Positions 1 through 9,540 are shown, numbered from the stretch's first letter. The stretch is 64,000 nt of DNA from a virus (IMGVR_UViG_3300048625_000166); one strand, 5' to 3'. The notes: generated by a model from the letters alone, not told the origin. Numbers and translations are program-made.

Positions 1-2
1 TC

Positions 3-1637
3 CCTGGCGAAAAGTTCAAGCCACACTTTGTTGATGTAACAAAGATTCCAGATAACAGCTATCACAAGATTGTTAACTTGAACGTTCTAAACGTTGTACC
101 TAATACAGGTGAACACAAGATTCGTGATTCTATTGTTAAGAACATCGGTCGTGTATTGGCACCAGGTGGTGTTGCACTAATCACTACTCGTGGTAAAGAT
201 GTGTTAACAATCAAAGGCACTCCTGGCGAAGAGCCAACTAGCATGATCAGTAAGATTGGTACATATCAAAAAGGCTTTACACAAAAAGAATTGTTGCAAT
301 ACATTCAGCAAACATTGGGTAAAGGTTTCGAAGTATCTAGTATCAAACTAGGCCCAGCTGGCGTAATGATCAAGAAATTGGATCATCAAGGTGTGGCGGA
401 AGGCTCTGAAAATATTCTTCCAAGAGGAACATCCGTAACAGTCCTACATAAAGGCAAGCAAGTACCTGGTAAAATTGTTAGATATGATGCTGGCAAAAAT
501 GGTTATTCAAATGCCTATGTAGTTGATGTTGGTGGATATGAATCTATATTTGTGCCAGCCAGTAAAATCCAAACGCAAGGTGTGGCGGAAGATACCGGCG
601 ACAACAAGTTTGACGCTATGATGTCCAACGTTACTTCTAAGAAGTCACTACATGCTAGAGAAGCACTAGGCTTAATGAATGAATTAATTTATCAAGGTGG
701 CGCATCATATAAAGAAGCACTAGACCAAGCAAGCACAAGTTTTGAAATCGATCCAGCTAAGTTACATCAGCTATATCAACAAGACATTCGTGCATTAGAT
801 GAAGCTGAGTCTAAGCCAGTCAACATGAAGCGTTGGTTGCGTGACTTCGAACGTAGAGAAGACAATAACTTCCATACTGAAAACGTATTGGCGATGGCAC
901 AATTAGTTGGCACACCAGAAGATGTTGCAACTATGAAAAGTTTGGTAAAGCAACACAGAGGTTTTGGTCTATCTGAGAAACAGTTTGAGATTCGTCATGC
1001 AATCGCAGATAGATTGCGTCCACTAGTCAAGCAAAAGATTCAAGATAGTCAAGCACAAGAAATGGAAGAAGGTAAAACTGGACCAGGTCTATGGGCAAAC
1101 ATCCATGCAAAGCGTGAGCGTATCAAGCATGGTTCTGGTGAGAAGATGCGTAAGCCAGGTAGCAAAGGTGCACCAACTGCCGATAACTTTAAATCTGCAC
1201 AAGCTGGTACCAACGAAGACGTAGTTGATGAAGATTGGAAAAAAGTCAATCAACACGATAAGACTGATGGCATGAGCAAGAAAGCAGTCAAGGCTTATCG
1301 TAATGAGCATCCAGGTTCTAAACTACAAACAGCAGTTACTAAGAAGCCAAGTGAATTGAAGGCAGGTAGCAAAGATGCTAAACGCCGTAAATCTTTCTGT
1401 GCCAGAATGAGTGGCATGAAGGGTCCAATGAAGGATGAACATGGTAAGCAAACTCCAAAAGCTAAAGCATTAGCACGTTGGAACTGTGAGTCTATTGAAC
1501 AGATGGAAGAGTTAGCAATGATTGCCGAACAGAAGATTCAGGAAGCAAAAAATGCTAAACAACAAGCCGCAATTGCTATTGCAAAGAAAGAGAAAAAAGT
1601 CTCTGAAAGCAATATCATGAAGGGCATTAAAAAATGA
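3..1637 (+). CDS. hypothetical protein, probably 5'-partial (frame open to window edge)
   Basis: Track ORF starts at TTG (78) but the frame stays open upstream to nt 3 with no ATG; motif LAPGGVALITTRG resembles a SAM-MTase post-I region; Lys-rich C-terminus. Confidence 0.45.
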   Translation, partial: PGEKFKPHFVDVTKIPDNSYHKIVNLNVLNVVPNTGEHKIRDSIVKNIGRVLAPGGVALITTRGKDVLTIKGTPGEEPTSMISKIGTYQKGFTQKELLQYIQQTLGKGFEVSSIKLGPAGVMIKKLDHQGVAEGSENILPRGTSVTVLHKGKQVPGKIVRYDAGKNGYSNAYVVDVGGYESIFVPASKIQTQGVAEDTGDNKFDAMMSNVTSKKSLHAREALGLMNELIYQGGASYKEALDQASTSFEIDPAKLHQLYQQDIRALDEAESKPVNMKRWLRDFERREDNNFHTENVLAMAQLVGTPEDVATMKSLVKQHRGFGLSEKQFEIRHAIADRLRPLVKQKIQDSQAQEMEEGKTGPGLWANIHAKRERIKHGSGEKMRKPGSKGAPTADNFKSAQAGTNEDVVDEDWKKVNQHDKTDGMSKKAVKAYRNEHPGSKLQTAVTKKPSELKAGSKDAKRRKSFCARMSGMKGPMKDEHGKQTPKAKALARWNCESIEQMEELAMIAEQKIQEAKNAKQQAAIAIAKKEKKVSESNIMKGIKK

Positions 1638-1703
1638 ACCAGGACACCTTTGAATTCTACTGGAATCGCAAAGGTGCCCCTCCAGTAAAGAGTAAATAGA
1701 ACT

Positions 1704-2144
1704 ATGTTATCAGATAATTTAAAAGTATTACTAGCAAGCACTCAGTCGTTTGCTATCAAATCTCAGAACTTTCATTGGAATATTGAAGGGTCTGACTTCC
1801 CACAATATCATGCATTCTATGATACTCTTTACGGAGATGTAGCAGAAACTATTGACAAAATCGCTGAGTATATCAGAATTTTGGGACACTACACGCCTGG
1901 CAGTCTATCACGCTACAGTGAATTGTCAATCATCCAAGATCAAACAAAGATTCCACGTGCTGAATTGATGTTTCAAGAATCACTACACGATACTCAAGTA
2001 ATGATTGAATTGGTTCAAGCTATGTTTGATGAAGCTACCCAAGAGCGTCAACAAGGCATTGCCAACTACATGGCTGAATTACAAGACCTATATGCCAAGA
2101 AAGCATGGTTCATTCGTTCTATCTTAAAGAAAGACCGTGAGTAA
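1704..2144 (+). CDS. dps: Dps-like ferritin-fold DNA-protection protein
   Basis: ATG start; FHWNIEGSDFPQYHAFYDTLYGDVAETIDKIAEYIRILG matches Dps/ferritin di-iron site helices. Confidence 0.75.
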   Translation: MLSDNLKVLLASTQSFAIKSQNFHWNIEGSDFPQYHAFYDTLYGDVAETIDKIAEYIRILGHYTPGSLSRYSELSIIQDQTKIPRAELMFQESLHDTQVMIELVQAMFDEATQERQQGIANYMAELQDLYAKKAWFIRSILKKDRE

Positions 2145-2824
2145 TGAGAGCGTTTGAGTTTTTAGGAGAACAAATTGTTGATGAAATGCCGCTACCGGCA
2201 GATTGGGATGCATCCCAAATGCGTCAACAAAGTACTACATTCAAATCTCGCTTGGCATACGCATTAGAACGCGCCAAGAAGCTAGGAACAGGTTCTAGTC
2301 GTGTTGCCACCGTGATCGAATATCAGGGTCGTCCTACAGTGCTTAAAATCGCTAAGAACGCCAAGGGTCTAGCACAGAATAGTGTAGAGGCAGATATTCT
2401 CAGTGATGGTTATGGCAGTCAACTTGGCATTCTTATCCCTATCATTGACTATGATGAACAGAATCGTGAACCAAGTTGGATTCACACTGAAATGGCACAG
2501 AAGGCTACTGACAAGCAATTAAGCACCATCATGAAATGTGGTGATCTGTCCATGCTAGTTCATGCCGCCAACTCAATCGCAGGTAAAAAAAGTTTCTACT
2601 CGTATGATAGCGTGGTGAAATATTTAAGAGAACATGGTTCTAGTGACAGTGATATCGAAACATTTACTGACTATGCAAACGTTCTAGCTGACCTTGCAAA
2701 CTCATTTGATGTTGAATTGGCTGATATGGCACGTGCCGCGAACTGGGGATTATATCACGGTAAACCGGTTATTGTTGATGTTGGTTTCAACAGCAACGTT
2801 ATGAATCAATATTACAAAAAATGA
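2144..2824 (+). CDS. hypothetical protein
   Basis: 226-aa ORF, TAATG overlap with upstream gene. Confidence 0.5.
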   Translation: MRAFEFLGEQIVDEMPLPADWDASQMRQQSTTFKSRLAYALERAKKLGTGSSRVATVIEYQGRPTVLKIAKNAKGLAQNSVEADILSDGYGSQLGILIPIIDYDEQNREPSWIHTEMAQKATDKQLSTIMKCGDLSMLVHAANSIAGKKSFYSYDSVVKYLREHGSSDSDIETFTDYANVLADLANSFDVELADMARAANWGLYHGKPVIVDVGFNSNVMNQYYKK

Positions 2825-3372
2825 GAGCAGAAGAATTCCTATTTGAGTTTGAATTACCAAAGAACAAATGGGAATTGGTAGTATCTAATGGTGATAAAGA
2901 AGAATTAGGTTCTGATTTAGTTTCTCTAGTTAGACATGCTTATAGTAATACTCCACACGGTAGTTTTGTAAACAGTATAAAAGATGTCATTCCAAGTGAT
3001 TGGAATGTCATTGATTGGGACCAAGATCCAGACGTTGATAGTTGTGTGTTCTATCGCAGTAATAGACCTACTGAAAATTGGACAGGATACAAGATTCAAG
3101 GAATCGGACATGATGGCTCACGTACTAGTAAAGATAAAGCAATAAATAAAGTACAAGAGCTACTGAGTAGACCAGGCGTTTGGATTGAATCAAGTGACGC
3201 AATGCGCCATTTATTGAAAAAATTAAATGTCCAGTCAATCAATGATGAGCAATTTTTACAACATCTATTTAATGATCCCAATCTAAAAATGGTCAGTGAC
3301 GACACATACACAAGAGCATTAAGTGGTGGTAATGTAACAGAGACAGTATTTGGATATCCTAAATTAAAATGA
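2821..3372 (+). CDS. hypothetical protein
   Basis: 183-aa ORF, ATGA coupling at both ends. Confidence 0.5.
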   Translation: MRAEEFLFEFELPKNKWELVVSNGDKEELGSDLVSLVRHAYSNTPHGSFVNSIKDVIPSDWNVIDWDQDPDVDSCVFYRSNRPTENWTGYKIQGIGHDGSRTSKDKAINKVQELLSRPGVWIESSDAMRHLLKKLNVQSINDEQFLQHLFNDPNLKMVSDDTYTRALSGGNVTETVFGYPKLK

Positions 3373-4562
3373 GAGCTACAGAATTTATCACAGAACGTAA
3401 CAACGGCACTCGCTGGACAGGCGATGAAATCTATCGTCAAATTGGTGATGAATGTCTCACTGAACTTTTCGAGCCAGGTAAGCCATTTGAATGGGATTTT
3501 CGTGGCAGTGAGGAGGCACATGCATCATTTACGATAGGCAATGTGCCATATAGATTTACTGCACATACCAACGGTGGTAATCAGTGGGAAATAGAATTCA
3601 AAGTAGATAAGAATACATCTGATAAGAACGCCAAGTATGGACGTACTGGCACTGGCAACTCAGCAGAAGTAATGTCAACAGTCACTGATATCATGCGCGA
3701 CTTTCTGGGCATGTACAAGGACAAAATTAAATATTTGACCTTCAGCGCGGAGGAAGAATCTAGAAAATCATTGTACATGAAAATGGCAAAGCGATTACTT
3801 CCTACATGGCGTCTCGGCAGTAACGATAAAATATATTGGTTAGCTAATCCAGATCATTTAGACGAAGGCGTAGTTGACTGGGCCAAGAAGGGTGCCGCGG
3901 CAGGTGCAATTGCACTCGGTGCATTAGGAGCTGGTGGTGCTGGAGCAAAGCAAATGCCACAACAAGTTCAAAAGCCTGCAGTTATTCAGCCTGCTAAAAA
4001 AGTTCAACCACAAGCACAGCAACAAACAAAAGCACCTGAGCAATTCAATGTGTTAAGTAACAACATTAACAACGAGATTACTCTACAAAGAGCCGCCAGA
4101 AAAGCAGGCATTAAGGGGCAAGAGTTAGCACAGTTTATGGCGCAAATGAAACACGAAAGCTGGGATTTTGAGCGCATGAAAGAGAAAGCACAACCAGGTG
4201 TAAAAGACTATTATGCCAAACGTTACGACTTAAAGTATTCACCAAAGACAGCGAAGATTTTAGGCAATAAACATGCGGGTGATGGCGCAAGATATCATGG
4301 TCGTGGTTTCGTTCAACTAACTGGCAGAGACAACTACAGAATGGCAAGTGATGCGTTGGGTATTGATCTATTGAATCACCCTGAACTAGCTAGTAAGCCA
4401 GATGTTGCCGCAAAAATAGCAGTATGGTATTGGAATACAAGAGTTAAGCCTAGTGTTCAAAACTTTGCAGATACTGTAGCAGTGACTAAGAAGATTAACC
4501 CAGCGGCAAGAGGTCTAGAGAATAGACACGAGAATTTTAAAGACTACATGAAAATAATATGA
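3369..4562 (+). CDS. two-domain protein with C-terminal GH19 (chitinase/lysozyme-like) glycoside hydrolase domain
   Basis: YHGRGFVQLTGRDNYR matches the GH19 signature; central Gly/Ala-rich hydrophobic stretch GAAAGAIALGALGAGGAGA followed by Gln/Pro/Lys linker. Confidence 0.7.
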   Translation: MRATEFITERNNGTRWTGDEIYRQIGDECLTELFEPGKPFEWDFRGSEEAHASFTIGNVPYRFTAHTNGGNQWEIEFKVDKNTSDKNAKYGRTGTGNSAEVMSTVTDIMRDFLGMYKDKIKYLTFSAEEESRKSLYMKMAKRLLPTWRLGSNDKIYWLANPDHLDEGVVDWAKKGAAAGAIALGALGAGGAGAKQMPQQVQKPAVIQPAKKVQPQAQQQTKAPEQFNVLSNNINNEITLQRAARKAGIKGQELAQFMAQMKHESWDFERMKEKAQPGVKDYYAKRYDLKYSPKTAKILGNKHAGDGARYHGRGFVQLTGRDNYRMASDALGIDLLNHPELASKPDVAAKIAVWYWNTRVKPSVQNFADTVAVTKKINPAARGLENRHENFKDYMKII

Positions 4563-5380
4563 TAAAAATTATAACAACAGCATTATTACTACTTGCTTCA
4601 ACCCAAACATTTGCATGGACACAGCGTCAACCGCTACCTGTTCAACAATGTCAAGTACACGCACCGTATGGATTTCCTAATACACAGGGTGTACAACCTC
4701 TATGCCAACAAGCATATCTAGTAGGATATGATGCGGCAGCCAAACTACCAAAATTTGTTACTTATGAATTACTTCCTCAAAACGCACTGGGATGTGTTGC
4801 TCGTACTAATGCTTTTGTCGCTAACCAGTTTGTGCCTGGTGGAGCTAGACCAGATGACTACACAGCGACTGGCTTTGACAAAGGCCATGCCGCACCAGAC
4901 GGTGACTTGTCATGGGACCAACAAGTAGAATATGAATCATTCTTGATGACTAACATGTATCCACAAAAGGGTTCATTGAATCGTGGTATTTGGAAATTAT
5001 TAGAAACTAGTGTACGTGGTTGGACAGTACAGCGCAATCAAAGCTATACAATTTATGTTGGTGGAATATACAATACAGCTACTGATAAGAAGATCGGCCA
5101 AGGTGTAGTTGTGCCAACAGCATTCTATAAGATCGTTATCAATAATCAAACTAAAGAGATTGCTGGTTGGGGATTCCCTCACGTTGAGCCATATCCTAAC
5201 TTAGGTAATGACTTAACTAAGTTCCGTGTTCCAGTTGCGACCCTAATGCAACAGGCCGGAGTTCAATATGCATTCCCACAAGGAGCAATCGAACTACAGC
5301 CTGGCAAAGAGTGGGCAGTTGACTTTGGCGCACTCACTAAAGCAAAACGCACCAAATGTGGCGCGAATGCAGAAGATTAA
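4559..5380 (+). CDS. secreted DNA/RNA non-specific endonuclease (Serratia NucA/EndoG family)
   Basis: N-terminal signal peptide MIKIITTALLLLASTQTFAW; GFDKGHAAPDGD resembles the DRGH active-site motif. Confidence 0.55.
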   Translation: MIKIITTALLLLASTQTFAWTQRQPLPVQQCQVHAPYGFPNTQGVQPLCQQAYLVGYDAAAKLPKFVTYELLPQNALGCVARTNAFVANQFVPGGARPDDYTATGFDKGHAAPDGDLSWDQQVEYESFLMTNMYPQKGSLNRGIWKLLETSVRGWTVQRNQSYTIYVGGIYNTATDKKIGQGVVVPTAFYKIVINNQTKEIAGWGFPHVEPYPNLGNDLTKFRVPVATLMQQAGVQYAFPQGAIELQPGKEWAVDFGALTKAKRTKCGANAED

Positions 5381-6105
5381 TTCTTAGTATAAACGAAGTA
5401 CAATCTATCGTTGGCATCTTTCTTGAAGGTGTCTAGCGTAAGATTGTACTTTTCAGCAAACTCATTCACGACTTCAAAACTCCAAGGGAAGATATCAACG
5501 TAGGGACCTGTCTTATGTGAGATGCCTGGATTAGCACGTAGATAAAACTTGCCACCCTTCTTTAAGAGATTGACACAATGCTCAAATCGTGCTTCAATCT
5601 CATCCTTGCTATTAAAGTTAATTGATCCAAGAGCCAGAATTACATCATGTGATTCTGGTTTTACTTTATACTCAAGAATATCAACTTCATAGTCGGCTTG
5701 ATTGTTATATGGGTCGATACCAATTAAGTTTTGAATGCGGCCCTTGAATGGGTGATAGCCACAGCCAACATCAAGTACCTTCTCTGGGTTTAGTTTGTTA
5801 ACTTCATCAGCAAGCTCCCACCCTGTATGCTCATAGTCACCTGTGCGTGGCTTCCAAATCTCTCCAAAGAAGCGCAGGATATATCGTTCGCTCAAATCAT
5901 CGACGATATCTTTCAATGTACCTACGTATTCGCATGGCAAGCTCAATTCGGCCTCTACAGCGTCTTTGAATTTGCGATAACGTGCAGGTGTCCATGGTAA
6001 GTCTTGCACAACGGTGTTTTCGTCAATGGAAATCTTTGCATACTTTGGTAAATTAAACGCAAGTTTCAAATTTTCGCTAACTAGTTTAAAAATTTTAGTG
6101 TTCAT
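5377..6105 (-). CDS. SAM-dependent methyltransferase
   Basis: Motif I VLDVGCGYHPFKG; start moved to internal ATG (MNTKIF...) because the track start is TTG; transcribed divergently from the Bug-like gene. Confidence 0.65.
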   Translation of the reverse strand: MNTKIFKLVSENLKLAFNLPKYAKISIDENTVVQDLPWTPARYRKFKDAVEAELSLPCEYVGTLKDIVDDLSERYILRFFGEIWKPRTGDYEHTGWELADEVNKLNPEKVLDVGCGYHPFKGRIQNLIGIDPYNNQADYEVDILEYKVKPESHDVILALGSINFNSKDEIEARFEHCVNLLKKGGKFYLRANPGISHKTGPYVDIFPWSFEVVNEFAEKYNLTLDTFKKDANDRLYFVYTKN

Positions 6106-6143
6106 AGTAATTTTTTCTAAAAAATATAAATTTCTTGGAAATT

Positions 6144-6151
6144 GTATAAAT
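6144..6151 (+). promoter_or_regulatory. T4-type late promoter TATAAATA (+)
   Basis: Exact TATAAATA 33 nt upstream of ATG 6185. Confidence 0.45.
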
Positions 6152-6163
6152 ATTCTTGTCGTC

Positions 6164-6171
6164 ATATTTAT
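6164..6171 (-). promoter_or_regulatory. T4-type late promoter TATAAATA (-)
   Basis: Forward TATTTATA is TATAAATA on the minus strand, about 58 nt upstream of the MTase ATG at 6105. Confidence 0.4.
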
Positions 6172-6184
6172 ATTAGGAGGAACG

Positions 6185-7165
6185 ATGAAAAAACTTTTAG
6201 CAACACTCACACTAGTTATATTACCTTTGTTCGCATTCGCATGGGAACCATCTAAGCCGGTGACTGTTATTGTGGGTAACACACCTGGAGCAGGCAACGA
6301 AATCGCATTTAGGAAACTAGCAGAGATTGTGCAGAAACAAAACCCAAAGTTTGTTTATGTCGTACAAAACATTCCAGGTGCTGATTCTGTGGTAGCAAAT
6401 AATAAGGTACTAGATGCTCCGACTGACGGCTATACAATCAATTTGCCAAGTCATATGAGTTCATACGTGACTAATGATATTTGGGAAAAGAAAGTTAAAA
6501 AGTATCAATGGGATAGTTTCATCGACGTACTTACAATGGGTAAGAGTCCTCTGGTATTGGTCGCTAGTACAAAAAGTAATGTTAACACGCCAATCGACTT
6601 CATTAGATATCTGCATACTTCTACAAAGCCGATTAATATCGCAGTAGGTGGTGGAGCACACAGAACAGCATATGAGTATTTGATGGAATCTGCACATGGT
6701 GACAAGAATCTAATCACCCACGTGAAGTTCAATGGTCCGATGCCAGCAGTGTCGAGCGTAGCACAATATGATGGTAAGACGGGTACAGAGTTCGGTATCA
6801 TACCAATTGCAGTTGCTCGTTCGTTGATTGATGCAGGTAAAGTTAAACCTATCGGATTCACTGGCACAAGACACATGCCGCAATACCCAGATGTTCCGTT
6901 ATTGAACACAGTAGCACCTGGGATTAACGTGTATGCCGCATGGTCAATTCAACTGCCACCTAACACTAACAAAGAGATTGTAGATTGGTATCAAAAAGCA
7001 TTTAGTACCGCAGTACGTAGTAAAGAATATGCAGAATGGTGCAAATTAAATGTAGTGTTCTATTCAGAAGACGAATTGACTCCGGTTGGTCTAAAGAAAC
7101 ACATGCAAGAATTACGCACAACGTTCTTACCTGTACTAAGTAAGATAGACTTATCTAAGGAATAA
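6185..7165 (+). CDS. Bug/TctC-family periplasmic solute-binding protein (tripartite tricarboxylate transporter receptor-like)
   Basis: Signal peptide MKKLLATLTLVILPLFAFA; PSKP...IVGNTPGAGNEIAFRKLA...NIPGADSVVANNKVLDAPTDGYT...GKSPLVLVAS aligns with BugD/TctC hallmarks; real ATG with AGGAGG RBS. Confidence 0.65.
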   Translation: MKKLLATLTLVILPLFAFAWEPSKPVTVIVGNTPGAGNEIAFRKLAEIVQKQNPKFVYVVQNIPGADSVVANNKVLDAPTDGYTINLPSHMSSYVTNDIWEKKVKKYQWDSFIDVLTMGKSPLVLVASTKSNVNTPIDFIRYLHTSTKPINIAVGGGAHRTAYEYLMESAHGDKNLITHVKFNGPMPAVSSVAQYDGKTGTEFGIIPIAVARSLIDAGKVKPIGFTGTRHMPQYPDVPLLNTVAPGINVYAAWSIQLPPNTNKEIVDWYQKAFSTAVRSKEYAEWCKLNVVFYSEDELTPVGLKKHMQELRTTFLPVLSKIDLSKE

Positions 7166-7167
7166 AA

Positions 7168-7794
7168 TTGAAGTATATCTTTGTAGCTGGTGCTCCAGGC
7201 AGTAAATGGAGCAGTGTCGTAAAGAACATTTATTATAGTCCTAGTATTGACCACAGTGATTATAGTGATGAACGTACTTACTATCACGATGCTAGTGGTG
7301 AAATGCAGTTAATGCATTTAGGTGCATATTTTGATCCAGGAATGGAATTCTCGTTACCAGAATCAATGTCAACACTTACAAAGGCGCAAGCAGAAGAAAG
7401 ATTTGATGCACCATTTTCAGGCGAAGGTGTTCGCATCATCAAGAGTCACATCTTTTGTTATCAAGAGAATATCGAGTACTTACGTGAGTTGTGGCCTGAA
7501 TGCCCAATCGTAACTGTGCTTAGACCTAATGACAGTTGTTTAGGATGGTGGGTACGATGTGGTCATTTCGACATTACATATCCCATCTACGAGCCTTACT
7601 ACAAAGACTTAAAGACAATGGCTAAAATCATTGACAAGCAAAACTATGAACTTGAAGAATGTACGTTTAGAAACAAAGCAACCAGAGTTTACAACAACAC
7701 TAGACTTGCAATGATTCTCGGCATCCAATCGCCACCTGATGAATATCGCCACAGCTACATTGACAATGATATCACAGTAAGCGTAATACTATGA
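7168..7794 (+). CDS. sulfotransferase-fold P-loop protein (putative PAPS-dependent sulfotransferase)
   Basis: TTG start with AAGGA RBS; GAPGSKWSS resembles the 5'-PSB loop (PKSGTTW); RIIKSH resembles the catalytic K-x-H of cytosolic sulfotransferases. Confidence 0.45.
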   Translation: MKYIFVAGAPGSKWSSVVKNIYYSPSIDHSDYSDERTYYHDASGEMQLMHLGAYFDPGMEFSLPESMSTLTKAQAEERFDAPFSGEGVRIIKSHIFCYQENIEYLRELWPECPIVTVLRPNDSCLGWWVRCGHFDITYPIYEPYYKDLKTMAKIIDKQNYELEECTFRNKATRVYNNTRLAMILGIQSPPDEYRHSYIDNDITVSVIL

Positions 7795-8423
7795 AACAAA
7801 TGTTAATCATTACCGGGCCACAAGGGTCTGGTAATCACGTTTTCAGCAAAATCTTTGCGTTACATAACGAAGTATATGGCTGGAAAGACTTACTTAATGA
7901 ATATTGGATAGCACATGATTATGAACCATTTAGTGATTGTTGGGATATGCCTAGCTTACTTAATAGCATTGACTGGACAAACATGGATAATTACGTCACT
8001 AGTATCAGTTGCCCATATGCAAACGAAGGAGTGGCTACAATCCCTCGGTACAAAGATTTCATCAGTGCATTAACTCAACTTGGTATCACTGTTAAAGTCT
8101 GTATCATTGGTAGAGACCAAACTATCCTTAGACACCAGCAACAAAGAGTAAGAGATAGACACAGTTTACCTGATTTCGAAGGTGAACTAGAATTTTTAAA
8201 TTCACTAGAGCCAATATATCTAAGTACAGAGTTGTTATATTTGTACAAAGACTATTATTTAAAGAGTTTGAGTAAAATCTTAGACTTCCCTATAGCATAT
8301 GATGACCCTAGAGTGTTTGAAATATTGAAACAAGATGCAAACGAGAAATACTTTCAGAGTATTCCTCAACAAGAGTTAGACAAAACAGTCCGCAAAGTTA
8401 GCGGACTAAAGGAAAAAGAATGA
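7791..8423 (+). CDS. P-loop protein, second sulfotransferase-like paralog
   Basis: ITGPQGSGNHVFSKIF P-loop; CIIGRDQT resembles a 3'-PB motif; ATGA coupled. Confidence 0.35.
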   Translation: MKQMLIITGPQGSGNHVFSKIFALHNEVYGWKDLLNEYWIAHDYEPFSDCWDMPSLLNSIDWTNMDNYVTSISCPYANEGVATIPRYKDFISALTQLGITVKVCIIGRDQTILRHQQQRVRDRHSLPDFEGELEFLNSLEPIYLSTELLYLYKDYYLKSLSKILDFPIAYDDPRVFEILKQDANEKYFQSIPQQELDKTVRKVSGLKEKE

Positions 8424-9112
8424 TTAGTAACTGGGAAACAACAAAAGCAAAAAGCAAATATCACTTTGATAATTTTAAGAATGATCCAACCATGGACAAA
8501 GTTGAAGTATTAGGGCGAATTACAGGCGACTGGTCGCATGAAGTACAGGATATTATTGCTAACAGCAAACCTGCAACTTGGGAAACACGTGGATACAAAG
8601 GCGAAGGTGTTATGCCACCACGTGAAGATTTGATTGCAGAAGAATACGACTTAGAGAAAACTGGTTACGGAAAAGACCACCAGATAACACACTTAAACTG
8701 GAATGTTCCAGACAAGTTAAAAAAGATTACTGAAATGTTTGGTCTAGATGACTGCATGGAACGTATTCACGTGCAGATGCCAGGCGAAGTTTGGAATCTT
8801 CATATCGACAAACTAAACAAATGGTGCCCAGAAGAACCATGGAAAGTAATGCGTGTTATGATTCACTTGACTGATTGGGAACAAGGTCACTTCTGGTCGT
8901 ATGGCAATCACGTTCATACGCAATGGCATGCAGGTGATGTTACTACATTTGATTGGCAAAACTTGCCTCATTCTACTGCTAATGCAGGACATAATCCACG
9001 TGTTACGTTTCAGTTAACTGGTGTTGTAACACCCAAAACGCTTGATTTTCTTGCTAGGCTAAAACGGTTTAACACGATACAATTAGAGTACAAAAATGAG
9101 TCTTGGTTCTAA
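8420..9112 (+). CDS. hypothetical protein, possible cupin / Fe(II)-2OG oxygenase-like
   Basis: HxD (NLHID) followed about 45 aa later by a His cluster (HVHTQWHAGD); ATGA coupled. Confidence 0.3.
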   Translation: MISNWETTKAKSKYHFDNFKNDPTMDKVEVLGRITGDWSHEVQDIIANSKPATWETRGYKGEGVMPPREDLIAEEYDLEKTGYGKDHQITHLNWNVPDKLKKITEMFGLDDCMERIHVQMPGEVWNLHIDKLNKWCPEEPWKVMRVMIHLTDWEQGHFWSYGNHVHTQWHAGDVTTFDWQNLPHSTANAGHNPRVTFQLTGVVTPKTLDFLARLKRFNTIQLEYKNESWF

Positions 9113-9539
9113 ACGTATATTAATCATGGGTCTTCCTGGTTCAGGTAAGACTACCCTAGCGGACGCACTGGAAGAACGGTTCAATTTACGTAACAAAAAG
9201 GTTATTAGGTTGAATGCTGATAAGATACGTGAAGAATACGATGACTGGGATTTTACTACTGAGGGTAGATTGCGTCAAAGTAAGCGTATGTGTGAATTAG
9301 CTAGTAGAATCGAATGTGACTATGTTATAGCTGATTTTGTGTGTCCACTTGTGGAAATGCGTAATAATTTTGCTCCAGACCATCTTATATGGATGGACAC
9401 CATCAGATCCAGTGAATATGAAGACACTAATCAAATGTTTGTTCGACCAGAGAAGTGCACCTTCAGATTGATAGAAAAAGATGCTAAAAAATGGAGTGAG
9501 TACCTGGCGATAAATATAATAAAGCTAGATAGCTTGTAA
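9096..9539 (+). CDS. adenylylsulfate (APS) kinase-like P-loop kinase
   Basis: ILIMGLPGSGKTTLADAL Walker A; LNADKIRE...DFTTEGRLRQSKRM parallels CysC LDGDNVRH...GFSDADRKENIRRV. Confidence 0.5.
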   Translation: MSLGSKRILIMGLPGSGKTTLADALEERFNLRNKKVIRLNADKIREEYDDWDFTTEGRLRQSKRMCELASRIECDYVIADFVCPLVEMRNNFAPDHLIWMDTIRSSEYEDTNQMFVRPEKCTFRLIEKDAKKWSEYLAINIIKLDSL

Positions 9540-9540
9540 G

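Noticed and set aside
6014-6184. Long N-terminal extension of the Bug-like ORF on the track
   Set aside because: Starts at a non-ATG codon and runs through the divergent promoter region. The real start is ATG 6185, with AGGAGG RBS and signal peptide.
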